Shown here piece by piece: positions 37,021 through 48,093 of a stretch of DNA of 52,909 bases. A program made the translations under genes and the position numbers. Location of the stretch: NCBI RefSeq assembly GCF_001194135.2, contig NC_068995.1, forward strand, positions 36,341,773 to 36,394,681, in the 5' to 3' direction. The notes under the pieces were generated by a model. That model was given only the letters and a program-made list of their open reading frames with translations. It had not been told where the DNA came from and searched no databases. This DNA comes from Octopus bimaculoides. Lineage: Eukaryota. Position 1 is the first letter of the stretch. Each line of letters opens with the position of its first letter.

Positions 37021-37352
37021 CATCATCACCATCATTTAGCATCCATTGTCTGTACTGGCATAGGTTGGATGGTTTGACCAGGGTTGGCAAGCTGGAAGGC
37101 TGCACCAGACTCCAGTCTGATTGGCATGGGTTCTACAGCTGGGTGCCCTTTCTAATGCCAACTACTCCGTGAGTGTAATGGGTGCTTTTATGTGCCACCA
37201 GCATGGGTGCCATTTGTGTGACACTGGTATCTGCCATGACTGCAATTTTACTTGGCTTGATGAGTCTTCTTCTCAATCATGATATAATGCTGAAGGTCTC
37301 GGTCATTGCCTCGATGAGGCCCAACATTCAAAAGGAACTCAGCCACTTTGCT
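37021..37352 (-). mobile_element. RTE 3' end, same variant as 457-975 but with one repeat unit
   Basis: Reverse of CAAAGTGGCTGAGTTCCTTTTGAATGTTGGGCCTC...ATGACC...TTGAGAAGAAGAC. Confidence 0.8.
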
Positions 37353-37706
37353 TTTAGTATATGACTAGAGATGTTTGCCTCGCCTTAATGTTTGTTGTCC
37401 TCTTTAACAATTATATATATATATATATATATNNNNNNNNNNNNNNNNNNNNNNNNNNNNNNNNNNNNNNNNNNNNNNNNNNNNNNNNNNNNNNNNNNNN
37501 NNNNNNNNNNNNNNNNNNNNNNNNNNNNNNNNNNNNNNNNNNNNNNNNNNNNNNNNNNNNNNNNNNNNNNNNNNNNNNNNNNNNNNNNNNNNNNNNNNNN
37601 NNNNNNNNNNNNNNNNNNNNNNNNNNNNNNNNNNNNNNNNNNNNNNNNNNNNNNNNNNNNNNNNNNNNNNNNNNNNNNNNNNNNNNNNNNNNNNNNNNNN
37701 NNNNNN

Positions 37707-37747
<41 letters not shown>

Positions 37748-37779
37748 TAACAAAGTGTTGGCGCAAAACAGTATATATG

Positions 37780-38150
37780 TATAATCACAATTTAGGTTAG
37801 TTGAAATATGTTTGTCATGTATTTCACTGCAGTTACCATGGAGAAAAAAAATCTCTCTTATGGTAAAAAGGTGTGAAAACACCCAGTTCGTTCAGTGTCA
37901 CCACCTCTTAGGAATCTCAGACATCGATGTTTCGAGTTTATTGACTCTTGTCAATGAAATATACCTAAAAGAGGTGAGTTTGAATGAACTAAATAAAGCT
38001 TGTAGCTTTATGTATCATTCAGCCTACATGTTGACTGATTTGTGCTAGTGGATCGCCTGACTGAGAAAAATGACGAAGTGATGGTGCAAAGCAGTGTTTA
38101 CGTATAATCACAATTTAGGTTAGTTGTAATGTTTGTCACATATTTCAACT
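37780..38150 (+). mobile_element. Remnant similar to the sequence 3' of the piggyBac ORF (23480-23680)
   Basis: Shared TTACCATGGAGAAAAA, CAGTGTCACC, TGTATCATTCAGC; TATAATCACAATTTAGGTTAGTTG repeated near 37780 and 38103. Confidence 0.5.
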
Positions 38151-38211
38151 GTTAAAGGCAAATTTTTATATATAAATATATATATATATATANNNNNNNN
38201 NNNNNNNNNNN

Positions 38212-39420
38212 TAATTAACGCACTTTTTTGCAAAAATAAAAATAAACTTTAGTGGGTATGTAAATTACATGAGTAGATTGTTTCCAGAATTAAAAAAAAA
38301 ATTTTTTTGTTGAGAAAAGACGTACAAAACAAACATTTGTACCAGAAGTCGATTCATTTAATGTCAGAATAGGTTTTTACAGAAAAAATAATGGCTTAAA
38401 TATGAAGTTGACTTTTATTTATGCTGGGCGGTATAATACTTACTTTTTCTGTATAAATTTACTAAAACCATTAAATGGTTAACTACTTTTTGACGTTCAT
38501 GCTGGTAATCACGGTCCGGGCCATATTTTACATTGCTTGGAGTTTCTACCTATTGCAATAGAGCACCATTGACATACATAATGGTATTGACATTCCTGAC
38601 AGAAAAAAAATGTAATGATATGGATAATCTTGATTGTATGTTTTATTTTTGTCTGTTTATTACTAAGCACAGTTTTAAGTTTGTCACTGATTATGCCAAT
38701 TTCGAACATTGGCTCTATTGCCTTGTTCAAATACATATTCAACATATTTAATTTCTCCTTCACAGTAAACGATTCATAAGTTCTGCCCATACTGACAATA
38801 ACGGTAATGACAAATTTTAAAGTTTGCTTAACATTTTATAATTGTGAAAGGGATTAAAATTTTGATACTCTGTATCAAAGGTTCCGACAAGAATAAGCAG
38901 AAAAGAATTGTTTACATAATCAGTTTGATCGGTCACCTTCCTTTGTCAGTTGAGTAAAGTGTCATCCAAGCTGATGTTTATTGGTAATTTGCAACACCTG
39001 TTCATATTTATCATCTTTGTTTTTGTTGGTAATTCTTATCAACAACTTTTCTTGTGGTCGTGATTTGAGAAGACATACAGCAGTATGCTAAAGATCGGAC
39101 ATAATCTCTTGTGGGCAAGAAATGTAAAACAAAGTTTATTATAAACAACACAAACACTTTGCAATTTAATAACTTTCAATGTGATACCTGTTAAACAGAA
39201 ATTATTTTTATTTAATGAAAATTTAATAAAATCTGATCATAAGTAAGTGAAATTATGCTAAATACAACTAAATTGAAAACCTTTTACCCTTGGCTATATC
39301 AGCAATTCTGAAAACTTTTGGGTGCGAATTTTACATGAGTAGAAACTTTTTCTAACAAATTATATCCTGAAAATCACCTGCACAAATTACATAGGTGCAC
39401 AATCTACATGGGTTTTTATG
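38212..39420 (-). mobile_element. pogo-like (Brinker-DBD type) transposon deletion derivative
   Basis: Minus strand MGRTYESFTVKEKLNM/EYVFEQGNRA (frameshifted) at 38790-38700; pogo-like end ...AATCTACATGGGTTTTTATG cut by an RTE tail at 39421. Confidence 0.6.
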
Positions 39421-39647
39421 TTGCCAGTACCGTCTGACTGACCTTCGTGCTGGTGGCACATAAAAGCACCCTTTACACTCTCTGAGTGGTTGGCGTTAGG
39501 AAGGGCATCCAGCTGTAGAAACTCTGCCAAATCAGATTGGAGCCTGGTGTAGCCATCTGGTTTCACCAGTCCTCAGTCAAATCGTTCAACCCATGCTAGC
39601 ATGGAAAGCAGACGTTAAACGATGATGATGATGATGATGATGATGAT
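39421..39647 (+). mobile_element. Young RTE 3' tail just upstream of the first coding exon
   Basis: Canonical tail and (GAT)n. Confidence 0.88.
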
Positions 39648-39775
39648 ATGGTATATATATATAACCAGGCAATACTTCATGCAAACAGTAACAGAATTAT
39701 TATTTTGTAATGTTCGATACATATTGTTAATTAAATTTTCTCTTGTTTTGTAGAAACTTGCAAATCTGAAGAAGA

Positions 39776-39853
39776 ATGTGTGCTGCTGTGACTTATTCTC
39801 CAGGAGATGTTGTTTGGGCAAAAGTCCCTCGCTATCCATGGTGGCCTGCAGAG
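39776..39853 (+). CDS. PWWP-domain protein, coding exon 1 (MCAAVTYSPGDVVWAKVPRYPWWPAE)
   Basis: Literal PGDVVWAK..YPWWPA motif; acceptor TTTTGTAG before 39754; in-frame TGA at 39767 upstream of the ATG; donor GAG|GTAAAC, phase 0. Confidence 0.93.
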
Positions 39854-40189
39854 GTAAACTATGCTTCAATAGAATATGTTGCCTAAAATGTTGCATGTTA
39901 TTTTCTTTTTTTCCTTTGTTTGCTAAGATCAGAAATACTCTACACCAATTAATCCAAGTTACAAGTTGAAAACGCTCTCATTGGCAGTTAGTGATTCTTC
40001 ATCATCATCATCTTTTAACGTCCTTCTTCCATGCTAGCATTTATACTTAAATAAAGTAAATTACCAACTTGATCATCTGCCTTGAAAACAGAGGTACCTT
40101 TACAACATCAATGAATTTAGGGTGACAGACATAACCTGAAAATATCACTCAATGTTAAGAGTTGTTGTTGTCATTTATAACAGTATGAA

Positions 40190-40400
40190 GGTGGTGAGCT
40201 GGCAGAATTGTTAGAGAATGAGAAAAAACGCTCTGTAATATTTTTTCCAACTCATTATGTTCTGAGTTCAAATTCTGCTGAGGTCAACTTTGCTTTTTCA
40301 TTCTTTCAGGATCAATTAAACAAGTACCAGTTGAGTTTTGGGGCCATCATAATTGACTAACCCCTTCCCTAAAAAAATTGCTGACCTTCCAAAATTTTAA
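40190..40400 (+). mobile_element. SINE family A (intronic)
   Basis: GGTGAGCTGGCAGAATTGTTAG...GAGTTCAAATTCTGCTGAGGTCAACTTTGC. Confidence 0.8.
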
Positions 40401-40579
40401 AGCAATTATGACAATATGATAGATGTTGATGGCAAGAATGTTGATATCTAATTCAGAAGCTTGTTTTAAAACGCCAGTTCTGGTTCTGCTCTAAGTCAGT
40501 CATAACGAAACAGGGAAAGATAGGGCTTTAAGCATTTCAGAAGTTGCTCTTTGTTCTCCTCCCTACTCTGCAAGACTGA

Positions 40580-40602
40580 TGGATGCCATCTCTCTCTCTC
40601 TA

Positions 40603-40688
<86 letters not shown>
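40580..40688. repeat. (CT)n microsatellite
   Basis: Direct observation. Confidence 0.97.
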
Positions 40689-40693
<5 letters not shown>

Positions 40694-40789
40694 GCTTCAT
40701 TCTGATTTTATTCACCATACTTTGAGCTGTGCTGGTAATAGCGGGCTGACTTGGTGCTTCATCTTGAGTAACTAATTCAGCTGAGTCTC

Positions 40790-41896
40790 ATTTATTTCTT
40801 GTATTTATGGCTACTTATAAAAGCCAAAACCTTCGCAGGTGAAGAATGTGCCTCGCAACATATGCTTGTAGTTAGCGACTTCAGGGTCAGGGCTAAATGG
40901 ATGCCCAGTAGGCGATCAGCATGGGGGAGAAGGGTCTGGAAGCTTAAGGGTACTTTTGGCAAAATAGAGGGGAGATATAGCATCACATGATGTGGAAGAC
41001 AGCTGGGGGTTGCTATGGGACAACCTGCTGAGGTCCACTGACCAGATCTGTGGTTGGTGCAAAGTCTCCTCTTGACCCAAGATAACGTGGTGGTGGAACA
41101 ATGTTGTTGATAAGGCCATTAGAGAAAAGAAACACGCTTGGAAAGACTGGAAGAACGGTGGTAGCAGGGAATTGTATCAGACTGCCAGAAGGGAAGCTAG
41201 GAGTCAGGTTTATTTAGCCAGAGGGGAAGCAGATAAGAAAATTTTGGCTGTTCTGCACCATGAGGATCAAAGACTTGAGGTATTTCGTGTTGCAAGACAG
41301 TGTGTGAGAGAGAATCGTGATGTCGTAGGAGAGAAATGTGTTCGCATGAATGATGGTTCACTTGCACTAAACGAGGCTGCAAAGAGAGAGGTTTGGAGAT
41401 GCCACTATGAAAGGTTGCTAAATAAAGAGAATGAATGGGAGAAAGAGAATCTGCCGGATGCCGACAGAGGCACCAGCTATCTGAAGTGACAGTGCCTTGG
41501 TAGATAAAGCAATTAAGCATATGCAAACAGAGAAAGCCCCTGACCCATCAGGAATCACCACAGAGATGCTCATAATATCTGGCGGTGTCAGCTATAGCCT
41601 AGTCACCAATATAGTTAACCAGGTGATACATGAAGGAGTCATACCCAATGACTGGTGTAGCAGAACCATAGTCAACTGCTACAAAGGTAAAGGTGACGCT
41701 TTAGATACAAATGATTACAGAGGTATCAAGTTGTTGGATCAGGTAATGAAGGTCACTGAGAGGGTCATAGCCCAACTAATTAGGGAGAGAGTCAGTTTAG
41801 ATGAGATGCAGTTTGGGTTCGTGCCAGGGAAATGCACCACTGATGCTATATCTCTGGTAAGACAGCTGCAGGAGAAATACCTAGCCAAAGATAAAC
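40790..41896 (+). mobile_element. RTE LINE ORF fragment (EN end to RT), intronic, disrupted
   Basis: KTFAGEECASQHMLVVSDF, YERLLNKENEW, KAPDPSGITTEML, YKGKGDALD..YRGIKLL, MQFGFVPGKCTTDAI; stops and frameshifts. Confidence 0.93.
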
Positions 41897-41904
41897 CTCT
41901 GTCC

Positions 41905-42245
41905 CACTATTTGGTACCTTAGGCAAATGACTTCTGCTATAGCCTCAGGCCAACTAAAATTTTGTGAGTAGATTTGTTAAATGGAAACTGAAAGAAACCC
42001 AATGTGTATGTGTGTGTGTGTTTGTCCTTCTTTGTCTTGACATCATGTAATAGATGTAAATTATTGTCCCTGTCATGCAAGCAGTGTCATTGATTTCCAA
42101 TACTCTGCAAGAACATATATGACCATGGGGATGTATTAACTTGCTTGGAAACAGGTGAGAGTTGGTGACTGGAAGAATGGCATCTAGCTGAAGAAAACAA
42201 CTTGACTCAAAGTCCAACCCATGCAAGCATGGAAAAGTGGACATG
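41905..42245 (+). mobile_element. SINE family B head joined to an RTE-like tail, old
   Basis: ACCTTAGGCAAATGACTTCTGCTATAGCC...GGAAACTGAAAGAAACCC; ends CCAACCCATGCAAGCATGGAAAAGTGGACAT. Confidence 0.65.
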
Positions 42246-42436
42246 AATGAATATTATCATTTTAATGTTCACTTTCCTATGCTTTGCCTGGGTCAGACAA
42301 AATTTATTGGTAGATTTTTATACATTGACATACATACACAGATACACACATACACAAAGTTAATAGTTACAATTTTGTATTTTATTTTATATATCTGTTT
42401 TGATACATGACCTGTAAACTGTTTTTATTTAAACAG

Positions 42437-42522
42437 GTTGTAGCCCAGGAAGACTGTAAAATTGTTGATCATGGGAAGAAAAATCCTATAGCTTATATCA
42501 CTTTTCCATGTGAAGATGCTTA
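42437..42522 (+). CDS. PWWP-domain protein, coding exon 2 (VVAQEDCKIVDHGKKNPIAYITFPCEDA-)
   Basis: Acceptor TTTATTTAAACAG|, donor TA|GTAAGT; phase 0 to 2; continues the PWWP beta-strands in frame. Confidence 0.88.
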
Positions 42523-42839
42523 GTAAGTATTTGATATTATGTTTGATTAGTCTTTAGTTTAGTATATTTTCAGCAAAAATAATTTCTACCATATCTTGTG
42601 GTATACAAGCCAAATTTTTTAATCCAAAATTTACAGTCAAAAATAAAAGTTGACTTTTACACCAAGTCTACTTTTGAGGACCAAAAATTCCATTTGAAAT
42701 ACAGCAGTATTTGGAGGAATACTTATGTTTCAAGGTTTACACTATGTACTACATTAACTTGTATGCTAGAAAATGTGGTTCTTCTCTTTTATTTGTTAAA
42801 ATTGAACTGGCTTGGTTGAACTTTGGGTTTTGTAATTCC

Positions 42840-42935
42840 AACACAGATAAGGATACACATCACATCACAGATAAAGATTCACATCACACACAGATAAAGA
42901 TACATATCACATCACAGATAAGGATACACATCATA
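42840..42935. repeat. Minisatellite of about 24 bp, about 4 units (ACAGATAA(G/A)GATACACATCACATC)
   Basis: Direct observation. Confidence 0.85.
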
Positions 42936-43138
42936 GAAGGACAGAATGGACTAAGTGGAGCAGGAGGAGACTTGTGGAATAGAAGAGTTGCTGAAGAAGT
43001 CACAGATGTGTGACGAAAGATTTTCAGACAATGGACATAAAATAAAATAAGAACAAGTGAAGAACAAATATATAGTGACAGGAAAAAGAAAAATGACCAT
43101 CCCAAAATATAACAATATTATATTATAATATTTCATAC

Positions 43139-43600
43139 CTCACCGAGGCGATGACTACGGACCGAGACCTTTGGAAATGGGCTGTGCGTGAGAAGACCCG
43201 GCAAGCCAAGTAAGATCGTTGCCAGTGCCCCTGGACTGGTTCTTGTGCGGGTGGCACATGAGATGCACCATTTTGAGCGTGGCCGTTGCCAGTACCGCCT
43301 GACTGGCTCCTGTAGGATTTTCGAGCGAGATCGTTGCCAGTGCCCCTGGACTGGCTTGTGCGGGTGGCACATAAAAGACACCATTTCGAGCGTGGCCGTT
43401 TTCGTGCGGGTGACACGTAAAAGCACCCACTACACTCTCTGAGTGGTTGGCGTTAGGAAGGGCATCCAGCTGTAGAAACTCTGCCAAATCAGACTGGAGC
43501 CTGGTGTTGCCATCCGGTTTCACCAGTCCTCAGTCAAATCGTCCAACCCATGCTAGCATGGAAAGCGGACGTTAAACGATGATGATGATGATGATGATGA
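43139..43600 (+). mobile_element. Young 5'-truncated RTE (ORF end LTEAMTTDRDLWKWAVREKTRQAK*, 3' UTR, (GAT)n)
   Basis: ORF C-terminus joined to the tail shows that the abundant tails are RTE 3' ends. Confidence 0.9.
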
Positions 43601-43649
43601 TATTATATTATGCTATATTAGATTATAATATAATATTATACTACTTATT

Positions 43650-44110
43650 TAGATGCGCTAATCTTGACTCTGCCTATGGATGAGGAGAGTTGTATCAAGA
43701 AGTGTCAGTCTCTAATTGTGGAGAGAATGTGTGGAAGATGTGAAATGAAGTGGTGAGAAAGGATCTTCAAATGTTGGGCCTCACAGAGGAGATTACAAGG
43801 GACCGAGACTCCTGGCAGTTTGCTGTGCTTGAGAAGACATGTCAAACTAAGTAAAATTGTGGTTGTCCTTGCATACAGGCATGTCTCTTGCATCCCGCTA
43901 CAGCTGAGTGATCCTAATCATGCAGGCTTGTAAAAAGCACCCTGTGCTGGTGTTGCATAAAAGCACTAAGTACACTTTGTAAAGTGGTTGGCGTTAGGAA
44001 GAGTATCCAGTTGTAGAAACCATGCCAAAACAGGCACGTAGCTCATCTGGCCAGCCCCTGTCACACTGCCCAACCCATGCCAGCATGGAAAATGGATGGT
44101 AAATGATTAT
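43650..44110 (+). mobile_element. Older RTE 3' end
   Basis: MDEESCIKKCQSLIVE...EVVRKDLQMLGLTEEITRDRDSWQFAVLEKTCQTK* plus tail. Confidence 0.85.
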
Positions 44111-44383
44111 GATATAATATTTCATAACATTGTTCATGATGATGATATGAAATAATATAATGTAATATAATATTCAATGTAGATTTTTATGCTTATTTCT
44201 GAAATCATAGCATAAAGTAATGGAATCGTTTAAATTATTCAAAGACTGTTCTTTTATAATTTCTGTAATGACTTTCAACCAGTTTCTCTAAACTATTTAA
44301 ATTGTAGTTCCTCATAGTTGTTAGGTTATAGCTGCACGTGCATGCACACACACACACACCATTCAGTAGGTTCAATTCGTCAA

Positions 44384-44596
44384 CCCTTTTGATTTTTAAA
44401 CCGATCACATCCAGCGCAAACATTCTACCTGTTTTATGTTCAAACCACCAGTCAGATCCAGATTCTCATGCTTACCTACCATATCATTTCTAAAATTAAA
44501 CAACCACATGGAAGAAATTTTGAAGCTACAAAATAATGCAAAACAATGTCAATAAATAACTATTACATTTGATAGAGTAACCTCAATGTTAAAAGA
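44384..44596 (+). mobile_element. TTAA MITE
   Basis: TCAA|CCCTTTTGATTTTTAAACCG...AATGTTAAAAGA|TTAA. Confidence 0.7.
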
Positions 44597-45489
44597 TTAA
44601 TCTGACAGGACAGAGAAACTTGTAACAGGTTTATTTTCCTGGATTTATTCTGTAAAATTTGTACATTTCTTCAGAACCTGAAAATGTTTGTTTACCAAAC
44701 GAAAGAGCTCTTAACCATTCCACCATCTTGCTTGTGACATTCTTATATGTAGATAATTGTTCTATTTTCCATGTAAAATTCCTAGAGAGAATGAAATATT
44801 TTCAGTTCCCTTAGCACAAATGTTATTTGATATAATGTTTGTAAGTTATTTTCGTGTTTATTGGGTTGAAATACAGTATTTATTTTCAAAACATTTTACT
44901 CCCTCACCAAAAAGAATTCAGTTCGTTACCCTTTACTTGTGATACTATATATCAGGCATGTGCCATCAGTAATTACTCAGAGTAGGCAGTTGGTGATGTT
45001 TATGTAGTAAAACACGCAAAAAAAATAAGCAAAACACTGGCATGCGACTGAGTTGGAGGCAGAATTACTTCTGCCTTTATAGCACTTAAAGAAAATGTTA
45101 TAGGAATGTACACAGCATGTGTACTACAGCAGTACTATGCGTAGTTTTACTGAGATTGAACAGCAGAGGCAAATTATGCCAACCTAAGCTACAAAAAAAT
45201 TAAATATTTTGCATTTTATGCATAGTATTCAGAGTAACCTTCATAATTTTATTGAATTAGGTGCATATGTTGCTATAAAAGTAAAATGTAACTATTCAGG
45301 GTAGGCATTGCCTATCTTGCCTACCCAGGTGGCACGTCCCTACTATATACCTGTATCACTATCACTTTCTGCTGATTTTTTTTCTTTATTTGTTTTACTT
45401 TTTTACACTTTTCAAGTCTACAGTAAAAGACCTGACTTGAAATTTCTTCTAGAAATAGTTATGGTGAAATATCTAATCTTTTCTCTTAA

Positions 45490-45710
45490 CCCACTAGCAT
45501 TCAGATTAATTTATCAAATGTAATGCTTATTTATTTACATTATTTTGAATTGATCATGCATTATCTTGTAGCTTTGAGATTTTGATGATCTCATCATTTA
45601 CTTTTAGAATGACATTGGTAGGGTAGACATGAGAAGCCAGATCTGGCCAGTTTGAACATAAAACAAATAGAATATTTTGACTGGTTGTGGCTGGTTTAAA
45701 TGCTAAAGGA
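45490..45710 (-). mobile_element. TTAA MITE, best-preserved copy
   Basis: TTAA|CCCACTAGCATT...AATGCTAAAGGA|TTAA. Confidence 0.85.
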
Positions 45711-45869
45711 TTAAACACATTTTATACTACTGACAAGTTTTGCAGTCAGCTTACTTATTACATTGTAGCTATTAAGGCTAACGTGAATAGCTGCGGTCTT
45801 CATTGATATATTGTAAAATATTTAATCTAGGGACATTAATTATGTTAGAGGAATTTTGAGAAGAGAAGT

Positions 45870-46030
45870 TGGTTACGTGAACTCCAGTGTTCAACTAAAA
45901 CTTATTTTATTGACCCTGGAAGGATGAAAGGAAATTGGCCTTGGTGGAATTTAAATTCCAAATGCGAAGAGCTGAAAGAAATGTCGCTAAGCATTTATCC
46001 AGCATAGTAACAATTCTACTAGCTTGCACT
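45870..46030 (-). mobile_element. SINE family A
   Basis: GACCCTGGAAGGATGAAAGG...GGAATTTAAATTCC. Confidence 0.7.
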
Positions 46031-46241
46031 TTCTTTAGAGGAATTAATAATGCAGAAATATAATTGTTTAGGCTGCTTAAATTTTAGATTTTAACTTCCA
46101 TGAAAGTATTTTTATCTTGGCTAAAGATCAATTACAAAAGTTAGCACATTTAGCAGATGGTGGTAAGAAACACCAACTCTAAAGTAAAAATACAATATTC
46201 AGAACTTTATAACTCACTGTTTATTTAGTATTATATAATCA

Positions 46242-46420
46242 TCCTCATCATTTAACATCATGTTGGTATGAGTTGAATGGTTTAATAGGAACCGACAAGC
46301 TCCAGTATCTGCCTTGGCTTAGTTTCGAGTTGGATACCCTTCCTAATGCCAACCACTTAACAGAGTGTACTGGGTGCTTTTCTTTTTGTAGCACTGGCAC
46401 TTGTGCGGTTACCAAGTATT
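46242..46420 (-). mobile_element. RTE 3' tail
   Basis: CCCTTCCTAATGCCAACCACTT...GGGTGCTTT. Confidence 0.7.
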
Positions 46421-46857
46421 CATAAGACAAGATTCCCCCCCCCCCCCCAGCAACTGAGTGGGGTGTAGTAGTATTGAAGGATGTGAAAACATGACAGTTT
46501 AAATAGTTTAGGACTGTCGACTTATTCTTTTATTCCTATGGAATCAGTTCAGAAATGACACATGTTCACAAGATATATCACCCCTGGTTTAAGGTAAGTT
46601 TGTAGATCATCTCTAAGCATTCGTTTTTTACCTATTTTTACCCCTTGTCTGCCCACTCAAGTCCACAGGCCAGGTTGGTCATTTGTTTATCTATTAGTAA
46701 ATACCTGGGAAGATGCCTATATCTCGGCCATGACACATGGCCCAGTAATAGTTTCAGCTAACAGATTAGTTGACTAACAGATGTCATTTAAGTAATCAGT
46801 CATTTTTATGTAACATACTGCACTTGTCACTGAGCCCATTTGCTATGTGACTAGTGA

Positions 46858-47065
46858 AAAGCAGTGAACCGGCACAATCGTTAGCTTGTCGAACAAAATG
46901 TTTAACAGCATTTCTTCTGGCTTATTAGTTTCTGAGGTTAAATTCTGCTGAGGATGACTCTGCCTTTCACTTTCTTGGGCTCTAAAATAAAGTAGCTGTT
47001 GAGCACTGGGCTCAATGTAACTGACTTCCCCCTCTCCTCAAAATTGCTAGCCTTGTACCAAAATT
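46858..47065 (+). mobile_element. SINE family A
   Basis: GCAGTGAACCGGCACAATCGTTAGC...CTGAGGTTAAATTCTGCTGAGG...CTTGTACCAAAATTTGAAAC. Confidence 0.75.
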
Positions 47066-47122
47066 TGAAACTGTTATGTGACTGGCGTGTAAAAGTTATT
47101 ATTTATTTACTTTTTATTCCAG

Positions 47123-47193
47123 TGATATTATTCGTTCTGAATCTAATATCATGCCATTTAATACAGAACACAAGAAGAACTACATAAAGAAAG
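47123..47193 (+). CDS. PWWP-domain protein, coding exon 3 (-Y DIIRSESNIMPFNTEHKKNYIKK G-)
   Basis: Strong acceptor TTTACTTTTTATTCCAG|, donor AAG|GTAAGA; phase 2 to 1 completes TA+T=Tyr and links exons 2 and 4 in frame. Confidence 0.85.
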
Positions 47194-47213
47194 GTAAGAC
47201 TTTACGTCTACAA

Positions 47214-47583
47214 TAATGTTTCCCAACCTATTTTCCCCCTATGCCCCACCATAACTTTCCAAAAAAATGTATGCCCCACCAGTGGTTGGAAAAAAAGAAC
47301 TTTATCTTTAAAATTTTATGATTATATACTTTCTTTAAAGAAATGTCCACACTAGAGCATTAGAGTAGCACTATACTGTAACAAACAGTCTTCACACAAT
47401 ATGCTTCGCTGGAGAGATTGGTTTGGCTAGGCTGAGTGTAGGTGTAGTATGTCTGCTGTGAAAAAAAGATTTTCACAATTCCATGTCCCACTTAAAAGAA
47501 AAAAGAAAGTTTGGATCCCATCCCCAACCCTAGTTTTCCCAGGTTCCACCAGTAGGGTGTACGCCCCACATTAGGAATCACTG
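47214..47583. mobile_element. hAT (Charlie-like) MITE
   Basis: TAATGTTTCCCAACC...TTAGGAATCACTG; 8-bp flanks GTCTACAA/GTCTATAG resemble the NTCTAGAN target. Confidence 0.55.
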
Positions 47584-48093
47584 GTCTATAGCCATCCTTC
47601 CTTGTAATGTATTATTAAAATAACCAGACATCATAAAACTGACATAGGCTTACAAGCTCAACCATTAAATTTTTTTTTTTTTTCCGAACGATAATGATTC
47701 ACAAACCTAATACTCGACTTTGGTTTCTCGTAATTTTAGGCATACGAGAGATAAATCTATATCCTAGTATAAACAGGGTGTAGACTAATTGATAGTGTGT
47801 TGATAGTGTTGATAGCCTTCTTCACAAGAGAAATGTTCATTGATTTTACAATGGTGAATTATACTATCTGATATTTCTGTTAGATGGTCTTGATCAATGC
47901 AGTAGCAGTGACAGGTGACACATGATCAATTCCTTGCTTGTCCCCTGTATTTGTGCTTCTCCAGTTTACTTCTTCTTAACATCATTAATAAAAGGGGAAA
48001 AATAAAATAATTTTTCCCCTATTTATATTGTGTATCATTTTTTTTTTTTGGCTTTATCTATTATAATTCTTTGTATTTTATTTTTCTTTCCAG

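Noticed and set aside
3168-38211. Long ORFs in the track containing runs of X
   Set aside because: They only span N gaps and microsatellites; no coding evidence.
46088-46162. Alternative exon 3 (46107-46162, YIFILAKDQLQKL...; donor TG|GTAAGA)
   Set aside because: Phase-compatible only with a weak AAG acceptor, and 47123-47193 completes the domain better; minor use cannot be excluded.
46698-46744. Another phase 2-to-1 exon candidate (YKYLGRCLYLGHDTWP)
   Set aside because: Weak donor CCA|GTAATA and not needed for the reading frame.
47167-47193. 27-nt microexon using the TACAG acceptor
   Set aside because: The acceptor at 47122 gives a stronger pyrimidine tract and the phase needed to join exon 2; the inner AG after exon 2 would create TAA.
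47884-47914. 31-nt exon candidate before exon 4
   Set aside because: Inclusion between exons 3 and 4 shifts the frame; donor GTGACA is mediocre.
48030-48093. Hydrophobic N-terminus of the 342-aa ORF read as a signal peptide
   Set aside because: It is the translated polypyrimidine tract of the intron; the exon starts at 48094.
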